Shown here: piece after piece, positions 29,688 to 38,321 of the stretch
How the letters are laid out: each line of letters opens with the position of its first letter
How positions within the stretch are numbered: the first letter of the stretch is position 1
Virus record (IMG/VR): IMGVR_UViG_3300048924_000191
Location: 1-64,000 of that record
DNA from: a virus
DNA: 64,000 nucleotides
Strand: one strand, 5' to 3'
Position numbers and translations under genes: made by a program
Notes under the pieces: model-generated
Database searches by the model: none
Told to the model about the DNA's origin: nothing
Seen by the model: the letters and a program-made list of their open reading frames with translations, nothing else

Positions 29688-30266
29688 ATGTCTGACACGC
29701 TACGGTTATTGAAGTTCGACCCTGCCGTGGCATTGCTGATCATGGCCAACAACCACCTCAACATCAGGTTGCGTTCAGAGTTTGCGACGGTGGGTTCGCC
29801 CATCGTCAAGGACGATAACGGCCTGACCGAAGTCACGATTGCCACACGGGAATCGATTGACGAGGGTATTCGACGAGACTACACAGGTTCGATCCAATAT
29901 GTCTTCAAGCGTATTCACGTCGCTGACATCTTCTCGAATCTGGTACTCGACCTCACACCGCCAATCACGGTCAATGGGGTCTTGAGAAACATGTCGCTTG
30001 CGACTGGTCTTGTGATATCCCCAGATGACTTCGAGAACGCGTTGGTTGAGGGCAGTAGCTTTGTCCTCAAGGCCAAATCCGAATCACTGCGGTGGTTTGG
30101 TGAAACGACAGTAATGCTGAACGAGCCAGGCGTATCGATACAACTGGCCGAGGCATTCCCCAACAACGTTCTGGATGGTCTCGTACCGCCCGTATTCGAA
30201 GGACCGTTGAGTTTGAAGAAGGCGTCTGTCTTTACCAAACTTGCCGGGTTCAGCGCAGAAGGGTAA
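29688..30266 (+). CDS. paralog-family protein, class A (module only)
   Basis: FATVGSPIV..LTEVTIAT..YVFKRIHV..NGVLRNMSLATGLVISPDDF..SLRWFGETTVML..AFPNNVLDGLVPP. The last motif is nearly identical to the end of 48230..48742. Confidence 0.6.
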   Translation: MSDTLRLLKFDPAVALLIMANNHLNIRLRSEFATVGSPIVKDDNGLTEVTIATRESIDEGIRRDYTGSIQYVFKRIHVADIFSNLVLDLTPPITVNGVLRNMSLATGLVISPDDFENALVEGSSFVLKAKSESLRWFGETTVMLNEPGVSIQLAEAFPNNVLDGLVPPVFEGPLSLKKASVFTKLAGFSAEG

Positions 30267-30288
30267 GTGCGAGGCAGAGGGATGCGCG

Positions 30289-31332
30289 ATGCACCAAAGC
30301 AATGTGGCGAAGCTTGATCGCTTCAACAAGAAATCGAAGGAGTTGCTGGTCGACTTCATCAACGCCAAAAACAACCGAGGGTTGACGTCGGACCAGTTGG
30401 TCTTCGGCAAACCAAAGTTGGTGTCAGGCGACGGACTCTCCGAAGTCGATGTAAGCTTCGACGAGTCCACGGGATGGCCACACGATCAAAAGCGGCCTCT
30501 CGGGTATTATCGGATCAACCTTGAAGTGCTCATCGGCAATCAACCGCTGACGGTGCACGTCTTGGAAGACGGTGACGATGTGCTCCTCAAAGCCATCCAC
30601 GAACAGTACGGTCTGCTCTTGGAGAAGGAGTTGGTTACCATCCAGCTCGTTACCAGGAGTTTGCCAGACAGCTCTCCTCAGGACCAACTGAGTGGTTTCG
30701 AAGGAGAGGACGCGGAAGAAGAACCCACGGAGCCTGAAGTTCCTCCTTACCTGGATAACCGCAACTACCGCTTGACCTTCAAGGACGATCACTTGATCTT
30801 CTTTGGTGGACTGAGCGTGCAGACTCGCCGGTCAATCCAAGGTCTGGGTGGTACGATCGATTCACTCCTGGACCTGCGTGAGTATTACTCAGACGGGAAG
30901 TTCGATCTGCCGAAAGTCGATCTGGTGTTCCCAAGAGGTGAACTCTACGTCGATGAGACTGCGTACCCTGATTACGAGGACCGCAAAGCGACCAACGCGT
31001 ACCTGTACGAACTCAAGGCCGACTCCTTCATCCTTGACCAGGATGTCCTTCATTTGATCTTACAACGTCTCACCGGCGATGTTTGGGTCTCGAAAGATGA
31101 GAAGGGTCTGGACTTCAACCTGTTCGGTAGCAAAGTACTCTACAACGGGTTCGTCAAAGTCGACTACGGTCTGGAGCGTGGTTCCTACAACTATGTACTT
31201 GCCGTCGAGCTGGGCGTCAAGTGTGCGAACCTCACCGGCGTCGTCAAGATCGGTTATCAGTTCTCGAGCAGCAAGGTTCCTGGGAACATCTACCAGAACC
31301 AGGCTTCCGTTCTCCCTCTCTTCCCAAGGTAA
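30289..31332 (+). CDS. paralog-family protein, module plus acidic linker and extra C-terminal domain
   Basis: Start moved to ATG 30289 (MHQSNVAKL) after the stop at 30266, with GAGG upstream. LVFGKPKLVSGDGLSEVDVSF..GYYRINL..LLKAIHEQYGLLLEKELV..DQLSGFEGEDAEEE. Confidence 0.6.
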   Translation: MHQSNVAKLDRFNKKSKELLVDFINAKNNRGLTSDQLVFGKPKLVSGDGLSEVDVSFDESTGWPHDQKRPLGYYRINLEVLIGNQPLTVHVLEDGDDVLLKAIHEQYGLLLEKELVTIQLVTRSLPDSSPQDQLSGFEGEDAEEEPTEPEVPPYLDNRNYRLTFKDDHLIFFGGLSVQTRRSIQGLGGTIDSLLDLREYYSDGKFDLPKVDLVFPRGELYVDETAYPDYEDRKATNAYLYELKADSFILDQDVLHLILQRLTGDVWVSKDEKGLDFNLFGSKVLYNGFVKVDYGLERGSYNYVLAVELGVKCANLTGVVKIGYQFSSSKVPGNIYQNQASVLPLFPR

Positions 31333-31344
31333 GGATTCAGCCCC

Positions 31345-32235
31345 ATGAACCCGATTCAGGTAACGGCCTACGGCCTCAAAGCCATCATCCGTCTGCTGCT
31401 CGGCCACACCCCCGATGCCGACCCAAAGTCCACCGTCAACGAACGTCTGGACATCCTCGGCACCGCACGGCCGACCAACAACGAGAAGGTACGCCTTGGC
31501 GTACTGATCGCAGGTAACAAAGGCCACCGCTACGTCCCAGGTGAGGAAGGTATTGCACTGACCTCCATCCAAGACCACACGGCAACCAACGCATCGCTCT
31601 ACGGGCCGATGCCTCTCTGCGTACGCTCTGTGGACGATGACTTGTCCAAAGAGATGCGCGACAAGTACTGCCTGCGTAAAGAAAACACGCTCAACGGTCT
31701 GCCGGTGTACGAGTATTACGGCATGTGGGTCGACATCGATCCTGAAGACGTCAACGTGATCATGCGCAAGATCACTCGCGAACCTAACCAGCCGCCAGTC
31801 ATCGAGATCTTCCATCCGGATACCGAAGACCTGTACCCGACGCCGATCGCTCTCCCGACCACTGGTGCGGTGACTACCACCGACGTTTCCATCAGTTGCA
31901 GTGCGGTACTCACGGTTACCATGCCGGAGAACATCCTCGAAGAGTTCATCAACTCTGCGAAGCTGAAGTACAACGGTGACGAACGTTACGCCGTACTGTC
32001 TGAGTTTGCACTCTGCCTGAGCGCACAACGCACCGTGTCGATCAACACCACCAGCGGCCAAGCCAACTTCCTGGAATCGATCGGCACCCAGATCTACAAC
32101 TTCGCGATGGACCACAAGGCCGTCTACTACAACACTCAGGAACTGACTATCGATTTCGACATCGGTAACCAGATCCCGCTGCTGGGTACTCAGTCCATCC
32201 CGACCATGCAAACGATCGGTGTGACTGTCCCCTAA
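31345..32235 (+). CDS. hypothetical virion-module protein (296 aa)
   Basis: ORF track. Well-behaved composition. No motif recognised. Confidence 0.55.
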   Translation: MNPIQVTAYGLKAIIRLLLGHTPDADPKSTVNERLDILGTARPTNNEKVRLGVLIAGNKGHRYVPGEEGIALTSIQDHTATNASLYGPMPLCVRSVDDDLSKEMRDKYCLRKENTLNGLPVYEYYGMWVDIDPEDVNVIMRKITREPNQPPVIEIFHPDTEDLYPTPIALPTTGAVTTTDVSISCSAVLTVTMPENILEEFINSAKLKYNGDERYAVLSEFALCLSAQRTVSINTTSGQANFLESIGTQIYNFAMDHKAVYYNTQELTIDFDIGNQIPLLGTQSIPTMQTIGVTVP

Positions 32236-32253
32236 TAGCCAAGGGGAATGAAG

Positions 32254-32886
32254 ATGCGAGAGTTAAGCGACGAAGACTGGACCATGCGGTACGTGGGTAT
32301 CGACAACGGTACCAACACCGTGGGATACGTGACGTTGGATGGAGATCTTCGTACTGGCGTAGGTACTGTTTCTCGAGCGGAGTGTTTGGTCGCAGAGAAG
32401 ACAGCGTACGATCGGTACGAGGGCCTTGCCAATAATCGTGGACAACCCGCTGCCAGGATGCGCGTTATCAAGGACTTCACTTACGAGTACATCGATGATG
32501 AAGACCCTGACGAAGTTGGCGCCGAATCTCCATTCTCGCATCTTCATGCACATTCGTTTGCGTCACTGACGACTTCGATGAATGTGTTGGATGATGCGGT
32601 GTGGCGGTACCGCCCAGCCCTGCCGTTTGAAAAGGTACCACCCGGTCGTGCCAAGAGAGCCGTCTGCCCGGAAGGACAGTACTCGAACAAAAAGGAAGAC
32701 ATTCGTAAGTTCATTCTAGCGAACCCAAACATCGTAGCCGGCGAAGGCATCGATCTGGAATCACTGTCTGAACACGAGATAGACGCCATAGCTGTAGCGT
32801 GGTATCTTTTCATGCGGACGCTTACCGTCATGCGTATGTCTGTTGCCGCAAATAACATGAGCGCCAAAAAGCGTTCACGTAAATGA
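32254..32886 (+). CDS. RuvC-like Holliday junction resolvase
   Basis: By-eye match to RuvC: YVGIDNGTNTVGYV vs ILGIDPGSRVTGYG, DEVGAESPF vs DYFAIEQVF (catalytic E), EHEIDAIAVAWYLF vs ADAADALAIAITHC. ATG 32254 preferred over 32248 because AAGGGGA is 6 nt upstream. Confidence 0.65.
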   Translation: MRELSDEDWTMRYVGIDNGTNTVGYVTLDGDLRTGVGTVSRAECLVAEKTAYDRYEGLANNRGQPAARMRVIKDFTYEYIDDEDPDEVGAESPFSHLHAHSFASLTTSMNVLDDAVWRYRPALPFEKVPPGRAKRAVCPEGQYSNKKEDIRKFILANPNIVAGEGIDLESLSEHEIDAIAVAWYLFMRTLTVMRMSVAANNMSAKKRSRK

Positions 32887-33318
32887 ATGGAAGAATCCGG
32901 GGGTTCTATGAACGTGAAATCTGCTATCGGTCTGATGGCGAGGAACCCGGCGGTGGACTTTCCGTGGCAGCCGGCCCTGATCAATCTGATCAATGGTTTT
33001 GTTCCCGCGGATCGTCAGTTGGACCCACTCACCGCAGAGGCGAAGGAAGTTCAGGAAGCCATCGGCTCGATGGACGCCTCGCTGCAGGAGATGGTCTATA
33101 ATTCTAACTTGGATTCGGTCAATGTAATCGATCCTGTGCCAGCACCAGTCGCTGTGATTAAAAATAGCCGTTCTAACCTCCTGCTGTTGTTTGCCTTCAC
33201 GTTGTGCGCTTGCGCACTGATGATGGTGTGGAAGGTAGGTGACGGAGCGACCGGAGCCGATGTAGTTGAGATTCTGAAGCTGATTCTGAGTGTCGTTACT
33301 GACCAGCCTGCGACTTGA
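32887..33318 (+). CDS. hypothetical protein with C-terminal transmembrane segment (143 aa)
   Basis: ATG abuts the previous stop. TM-like segment: NLLLLFAFTLCACALMMVW. Confidence 0.5.
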   Translation: MEESGGSMNVKSAIGLMARNPAVDFPWQPALINLINGFVPADRQLDPLTAEAKEVQEAIGSMDASLQEMVYNSNLDSVNVIDPVPAPVAVIKNSRSNLLLLFAFTLCACALMMVWKVGDGATGADVVEILKLILSVVTDQPAT

Positions 33319-33326
33319 CCTGAAAG

Positions 33327-33362
33327 GCATACAGCCGGTGGCGCAAGCCACCGGCTGTATGC
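33327..33362. terminator. bidirectional hairpin, copy 4 of the repeated element (2-bp compensatory insertion)
   Basis: gcatacagccggtggc gcaa gccaccggctgtatgc, between stop 33318(+) and stop 33370(-). Confidence 0.7.
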
Positions 33363-33369
33363 TGTCTCT

Positions 33370-33660
33370 TTATGTTGCAGGGTCTGCGTAGAAAGATCCG
33401 AAGAACTCTCGCTGAAGAACATCCTGAGCGTCTCGACATTTCATCGCATCGTAAAACCAAGAACTATCACCCCAGTCCATGTGTCCGATAGTCCCCACAT
33501 TGAAGTAAGGTTTACCGACGTAGAACAGGATCTTCTCTTCCTTGATCTTCGCTTGCTGCTCAGCCCACCACGTTTCCTTGTAGATGGGCTTGACCACCTC
33601 ATTTCGCGACATGTTGCCATGCAGCATCCGAAGAGCGGTGGTGAGACTTCCCCTAAACAT
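33370..33660 (-). CDS. hypothetical protein (96 aa), third gene of the CYTH-like cluster
   Basis: ORF track. Its ATG lies inside CTATGTTTAG, overlapping the upstream stop by 8 nt. Confidence 0.45.
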   Translation of the reverse strand: MFRGSLTTALRMLHGNMSRNEVVKPIYKETWWAEQQAKIKEEKILFYVGKPYFNVGTIGHMDWGDSSWFYDAMKCRDAQDVLQREFFGSFYADPAT

Positions 33661-33835
33661 AGCGCAGAGGACGAATCGGGTCGTTGGCAGCGCGCTGTTT
33701 CACCAGCCAGTACTTGAGGATCTGGAGCGTAGATCGGGACTTCCCACAGTTACGACCACCGTGAACTATCGGGATTCGATTACCAGCCAGTTGGTGGATG
33801 GTCAGCTGCAGGATGGGCGCCTTGAGATTAAACAT
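33653..33835 (-). CDS. mini-ORF (60 aa) carrying a perfect Walker A P-loop
   Basis: RIPIVHGGRNCGKSRSTLQIL reads as a beta-strand, then GxxxxGKS, then a helix. It is too short for a complete NTPase fold. It overlaps both neighbours by 8 nt. Confidence 0.4.
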   Translation of the reverse strand: MFNLKAPILQLTIHQLAGNRIPIVHGGRNCGKSRSTLQILKYWLVKQRAANDPIRPLRYV

Positions 33836-34472
33836 AGACGTTCTCCGTGCGGAAGTACTTCTCGTACAGCTCCGCGATCTTTTCCTTAGGACCGGTACCG
33901 TCCGCCTTCATTTCCGGCGAGATGATAATCACCTCATCGTGAGTGAACGGAACCGGGAAGTTCTTGACGTCAGGACGTGGATCGTCAGGATTCAGTTCGA
34001 TATCGACCTTAGCCCATGGAACGATCTTGCCTTCCTTGTTCAGGAACAGGTCGACTTCCCACTTGAACTCGATACCATTCTCGAACGAACCTGGAATGAT
34101 GAACCGAGTCTTGATCAGGCCTTGATCGGCCATCAACTTGAACTGCTCCAGCTGTTCCTCGCGAGAAGGGTCCGGTACCTCGACTTTGCCCTTATCACCG
34201 GCATTGGTCTTGGTACAGAACTCGTACTCGACGCGGTCATCTGGATGGATGGTCTTACGAACGCGCAGGGAGCCGTCTGAGGCGTTTTTAGGAGTCTTGG
34301 GTACGTAGATACCCCATTGCTCCTGACCCTCGTGGGAGACGGCCATGGACTTGATCTGCTCGACATCAAAACCCTTCAAGTAGACTTCGAGTTCGTACTC
34401 GAGATTCTTACTTTCGAATTCTGCAGTCGGTTCGTTGAACGCCAGCTGGTCAATCAGACACGGTTTGAACAT
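33828..34472 (-). CDS. CYTH / triphosphate-tunnel-metalloenzyme-like protein (214 aa)
   Basis: Alternating charged beta-strand pattern typical of TTM barrels: LEYELEVYLK, LRVRKT, VEYEFCTKT, KTRFII, FKWEVDLF, AKVDIEL. The canonical ExExK is not exact. Confidence 0.4.
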   Translation of the reverse strand: MFKPCLIDQLAFNEPTAEFESKNLEYELEVYLKGFDVEQIKSMAVSHEGQEQWGIYVPKTPKNASDGSLRVRKTIHPDDRVEYEFCTKTNAGDKGKVEVPDPSREEQLEQFKLMADQGLIKTRFIIPGSFENGIEFKWEVDLFLNKEGKIVPWAKVDIELNPDDPRPDVKNFPVPFTHDEVIIISPEMKADGTGPKEKIAELYEKYFRTENVYV

Positions 34473-34493
34473 GGGTAAAGTCCTCAGGACGAC

Positions 34494-34524
34494 AAAAAAA
34501 ATACGTCACCTTATTAGGGTGACG
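34494..34524 (-). terminator. intrinsic terminator (hairpin plus U-tract) for the 654-aa gene
   Basis: On the minus strand, cgtcacc ctaataa ggtgacg is followed by tATTTTTTTT. It lies about 110 nt after stop 34636. Confidence 0.6.
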
Positions 34525-34635
34525 CCGCAGACTCTCAGAAGAGAGCCCACGGGTCGTCCATCTATTCCAAGTTGGTTACTGGGATTACTCCCATCGATAT
34601 CGGTTTGGTAAGTGGGACTCCCTGACGAGACGCCC

Positions 34636-36600
34636 TTACTTGATCACACTGAGGACAAAGTTCTCAATGCGGTTCGAGAAAGGCGTAACCTCGATCAGGT
34701 AGTTGTCCGAAGTCGACAGGAGCACGCGCGCGTTCACCGAACCGGGGAGGCTGCGGCTGAGCGCTTCGAAGATCTTGCGGATGGATTGCGACAGGTTGCG
34801 CTGCTGCGCCATGGTCACGGAGAGACCCGTGTCTTGCACGTTGGCGGAGAGCACGTTGGAGAGACCCAGCTCGTCCAGAGAACCATCGACCGAGATCACT
34901 TCCAGGAAGTCCAGGAACACAACCGACGGCAGGTCGGCAGCGCCTTCGTGCAGATCACCCACGGTGTCAGCAACGTCTTCCTTGGAAGCATAGGCGCAGG
35001 CCATGCTGGTGATGTAGCGGCTGCGATCGCCGAGAAGAGAGGCGAATTCCGCACTACGGCGTTGGGCAATTACGCCCAGCAGCTGCTCGAAGTTCTTGGC
35101 GAAGTTCATCTGCTTGACGGACGCGAACTGGAACTGGTACTTCAGCGAGCGCAGAACCATTTCGGTGAAACGCTCGTTCAGCTTGTTCCAGATGGATTCG
35201 TTGAACTGAGGACGCAGGTCGTTCATGAGCTTTGCCGCTGCAACCAGAGAAGGCGCTGCAGCTACCTGATCAATCAGGTCCATCTGCGACCAGTCACTGG
35301 CGTTCATCGGCGTACGCATGTAACCCAGGAAGACGTCGACTTCTTTCTTGTCGGCCAGCATGCGAGCACGACCGGCGAAGGTTGCAGTGACGATACTGTC
35401 GACAGGACGACCTTCGGTCAGCTGTGGGATTACCGCGACGATTTCATCCAGCTTGTCAACCAGGTTGACGGACTTGGCAGGAGCAGCCGACGGTGCGTCG
35501 ACGTGGTCCAGCGTGTCGCCAGTGCTGCGGGCAGCTTTCAGGCTGACTGCGGCGGAGCGGCGTTCTGGGTTTTCTTCGCCACGAGCATCGCGGACTTCTT
35601 GGTTCAGATAGCTGTTTTCTTTGGTCACGTCTTCCAACTCCTCTCGTACATTTCCATCTGCGTCCTTCACGTAGTACTTCACATAAAGGTTAAGATCATG
35701 CCAGGACGGAATAAAGCCGGCATTATCGTCATCGTCCGATGCATGGGTACTGGTGATCTCCCACTTGCTGCGGTGAGCCACTACCCAGTGTTCGCCTGCC
35801 ACCCAGAACTCCCCGAATGGGTCGGCCTTGGTGAAGTCAGGTCCTTCTACCCGGTGCTTCTTCTGATGCACCAAGCTTTCGACCGAGTCCGGATGAGGGC
35901 GTTCATCAGAACTACGATCGCGGTCACGCTCACGTTCCCGCTCAACAGGACGCTCTTCGCGTTCTGGTTTGCGGTTATCGTCAGAGTCACCGTTGAAGCC
36001 ATCTTCCAGCTGAGTGATCAGCGACCACGGATCGGAATCATCCGCATCGGAAGTGCGACGTTTGGAATCACGGCTCTTGCGCTCGCCACGGCTACCGCTG
36101 CCGTAGTCATCACTGCTACGGTCACCACGGCGATCACCGCGGTCACGGCTACCACGACGGCTGCCACCACCGTAATCGTCACGACGATCGTCATCGCGGT
36201 CGTCTTCATCACGACGACGGCGATTCCCACGAGACGGACGGCAGACTTCGAGGAAACGCTCCTCGGCATCTTTCATCTGATCGTAGGTACGGTTGGACAG
36301 TTCATCAGCCAGTTTACGGTCGGCCAGAATGACCGACGCAAAGTGACCATCGACGATGTCTGCAATCGCATCTTCCAGGGCTTCGGCATCAGACTTGCGG
36401 TCGTCAGCGTACTTGCGGAAGATCTCACGCTCAGAGTCTGCGATCACATCGATGAGCTCATTGAAAGCAGCGCATCGCCAACCACGGTCGGACATCATCT
36501 TGTAGTACGCGTCTCGAAGATCCGAGTCTCGCGCTTTGTCCTTGATATACCTGGTAGCCTCGTCATACGCGGCATCCCAGAATTTGTTTTCTCGACTCAT
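34636..36600 (-). CDS. hypothetical protein (654 aa) with an internal ~118-aa Arg/Asp/Glu/Ser mixed-charge low-complexity region
   Basis: ORF track. Residues ~121-238 read RPSRGNRRRRDEDDRDDDRRDDYGGGSRRGSRDRGDRRGDRSSDDYGSGSRGERKSRDSKRR...ERERERDRDRSSDE. Ordinary globular-looking sequence flanks it. The gene starts 25 nt downstream of the RNAP beta-N gene. Confidence 0.65.
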   Translation of the reverse strand: MSRENKFWDAAYDEATRYIKDKARDSDLRDAYYKMMSDRGWRCAAFNELIDVIADSEREIFRKYADDRKSDAEALEDAIADIVDGHFASVILADRKLADELSNRTYDQMKDAEERFLEVCRPSRGNRRRRDEDDRDDDRRDDYGGGSRRGSRDRGDRRGDRSSDDYGSGSRGERKSRDSKRRTSDADDSDPWSLITQLEDGFNGDSDDNRKPEREERPVERERERDRDRSSDERPHPDSVESLVHQKKHRVEGPDFTKADPFGEFWVAGEHWVVAHRSKWEITSTHASDDDDNAGFIPSWHDLNLYVKYYVKDADGNVREELEDVTKENSYLNQEVRDARGEENPERRSAAVSLKAARSTGDTLDHVDAPSAAPAKSVNLVDKLDEIVAVIPQLTEGRPVDSIVTATFAGRARMLADKKEVDVFLGYMRTPMNASDWSQMDLIDQVAAAPSLVAAAKLMNDLRPQFNESIWNKLNERFTEMVLRSLKYQFQFASVKQMNFAKNFEQLLGVIAQRRSAEFASLLGDRSRYITSMACAYASKEDVADTVGDLHEGAADLPSVVFLDFLEVISVDGSLDELGLSNVLSANVQDTGLSVTMAQQRNLSQSIRKIFEALSRSLPGSVNARVLLSTSDNYLIEVTPFSNRIENFVLSVIK

Positions 36601-36625
36601 TTATTGCTCCAACCACAAGGGATGT

Positions 36626-38314
36626 TTAGTGACGCCGTATCGCCTCATCGATGTGCTCAACCACCGCAGCCATCGATTCCTTCTTCCGGATTGTAAAATT
36701 CGCATCCAGATCCATCGTCATGTTTGCGGTATTCTTCGCCAGCGGGCCGTTCTTCGGCAGCAGCGTGTGGTTACCGGTTTCCATAGACGACGAGTGAAGG
36801 TGAGACTGGGGATCGTTCACGTTGATGTTTTGCGGCTTACGCTGACCGGAGGTCTGCGATTGCATCACCAACCGACTGACGATCTTCGGAATGAGGTTAT
36901 CGCCCGGCGTGGACACGCTGGACATGAACGGCTTGATAGACGTTTTCCTCAAATCGAATATCTTGGTCGGCATGAAGTATTTGCCGAGGATCTTGTTGAA
37001 GTCATCGACTCCGTGCTTACGCTTACGGTTGTTGATGATCTCGAACAGACACAAGAAGATCTGCTCAAAGATATCCCGCAGGACATAAGGGGCGGTCACG
37101 AGCCGTTTCCCATACATCGATCCGATGTCGCGACTCCCGTTCTCAAGCATCTCGCTCATGTGTTGCAGAACGTAGACGAAGAGTTCGTAGAGATCTTCAA
37201 TAACCAACGCTTCTTCCTCGAACAGCATGCGTTGTGCTTCCATGTCGATATAATCATCGAGGTTCGACAGGTGGGTTTCCATGTTCTCAACCAGCTTGGC
37301 AGGACCGAGCTGATCACCAGCCAGAACATAACCCAACCACAGCAGCCACAGCCAAGTACCACCGAGTTCTTCGATGTCGGTGCGCTCTGGGAAGTGGTCC
37401 ACGATGTAGAAGAACGACGCCACGAAGGTTTGCACCAGCGGCGTGAACTGCGCACGTGGGATCACCAAAGCAATTGGCGAGCGGATGGTGGAGTACGCGA
37501 CTTTCGTCTTGAGCGTAGACGGCTTGACGCCATCAGACTCAAAGACGCAATACTTCTTGAGGTCTGGAGGATTGGCCTTGAGTTCATCGACCGTTGTGAT
37601 AGTGACATCACAGCGACCGAAGCGCTTGAAGGTTTCCTTCATTCCGTACTTCGCGAACAGGTAGTGCGGCAGCGTCGTCACGACGCGACCCAGAGCGATG
37701 GTGTCGCTCTTACCGGTCCGGTTGTTGATACCCCCGCGGTTATGAACCCAGGTATAGGCGATGTCCGTAGACAGCTGCTCCCCGGTTTCAAAAGGCTTTT
37801 CAGCCCCATAGTCGCGGTCCATCGTGACGGTACCGATCTCGTACCGGAAAGTGATAGGAGCTCGGTTTGTCCTGATGAACACCGAGTCCGGTCCAATGGA
37901 GAAGCACGGGTCTGTAGCAACCGGGCTCATTGAGAACTCCTTCCCCAGAATCCTGAAGAGGTTTCCCCGCCGTGGAGCGGGGAGGTAGAAGTATCTCGGG
38001 TACAACATTTTCCCATTGAACGCGAACTGGTATTTCACCAGGTATACGTCACTGACGGCTAGATCACTGGTCGGGACGCTGCGGTCGCCCCTCGACATCA
38101 CTGTAGCCATTACCCGGACTGCCTCCAATGGATGGCAGCGATACGACCCAATAAACTCGAAGCCTTCCGGGTAACTCTTCTCGGCACAGCGAATGCGTTG
38201 GTCGACCAGCTCTTTTGCATTGAGCAAGCTTTTACAAGCCAGCCCATCGACGATGTCCATGTTGAACTTGGGCATGTCTTCCTGCATCTCGAGATCTAAC
38301 TCAATGTCTGGCAT
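36626..38314 (-). CDS. multisubunit RNA polymerase beta-subunit, N-terminal fragment (split phage RNAP)
   Basis: The C-terminal part aligns by eye to RpoB around the FMDQ...ETPEG region. PFMSSVSTPGDNLIPKIVSRLVMQSQTSGQRKPQNINVNDPQSHLHSSSMETGNH vs [54 protein letters not shown]. The protein ends about 40 aa later. Confidence 0.5.
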   Translation of the reverse strand: MPDIELDLEMQEDMPKFNMDIVDGLACKSLLNAKELVDQRIRCAEKSYPEGFEFIGSYRCHPLEAVRVMATVMSRGDRSVPTSDLAVSDVYLVKYQFAFNGKMLYPRYFYLPAPRRGNLFRILGKEFSMSPVATDPCFSIGPDSVFIRTNRAPITFRYEIGTVTMDRDYGAEKPFETGEQLSTDIAYTWVHNRGGINNRTGKSDTIALGRVVTTLPHYLFAKYGMKETFKRFGRCDVTITTVDELKANPPDLKKYCVFESDGVKPSTLKTKVAYSTIRSPIALVIPRAQFTPLVQTFVASFFYIVDHFPERTDIEELGGTWLWLLWLGYVLAGDQLGPAKLVENMETHLSNLDDYIDMEAQRMLFEEEALVIEDLYELFVYVLQHMSEMLENGSRDIGSMYGKRLVTAPYVLRDIFEQIFLCLFEIINNRKRKHGVDDFNKILGKYFMPTKIFDLRKTSIKPFMSSVSTPGDNLIPKIVSRLVMQSQTSGQRKPQNINVNDPQSHLHSSSMETGNHTLLPKNGPLAKNTANMTMDLDANFTIRKKESMAAVVEHIDEAIRRH

Positions 38315-38321
38315 GACGAAC

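Noticed and set aside
33653-33835. GGRNCGKS P-loop as the Walker A of a terminase large subunit.
   Set aside because: The ORF is only 60 aa. No terminase Walker B, nuclease motifs or adjacent large ORF follow. The context is a CYTH-like cluster rather than a packaging module.
34612-36696. Very long plus-strand ORF (694 aa) antisense to the 654-aa gene. Similar long antisense ORFs lie at 39824..41911, 23595..25679, 7135..8502, 14610..15842, 17074..18612, 20833..22473, 31060..32211, 36536..37933, 52449..53423 and 13279..14313.
   Set aside because: Their translations are dominated by V/R/H/L/G/D runs typical of the complement of GC3-rich codons. They span several well-formed genes on the other strand and lack RBS context. 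The sense-strand proteins carry recognisable motifs. I treat them as codon-bias shadows.
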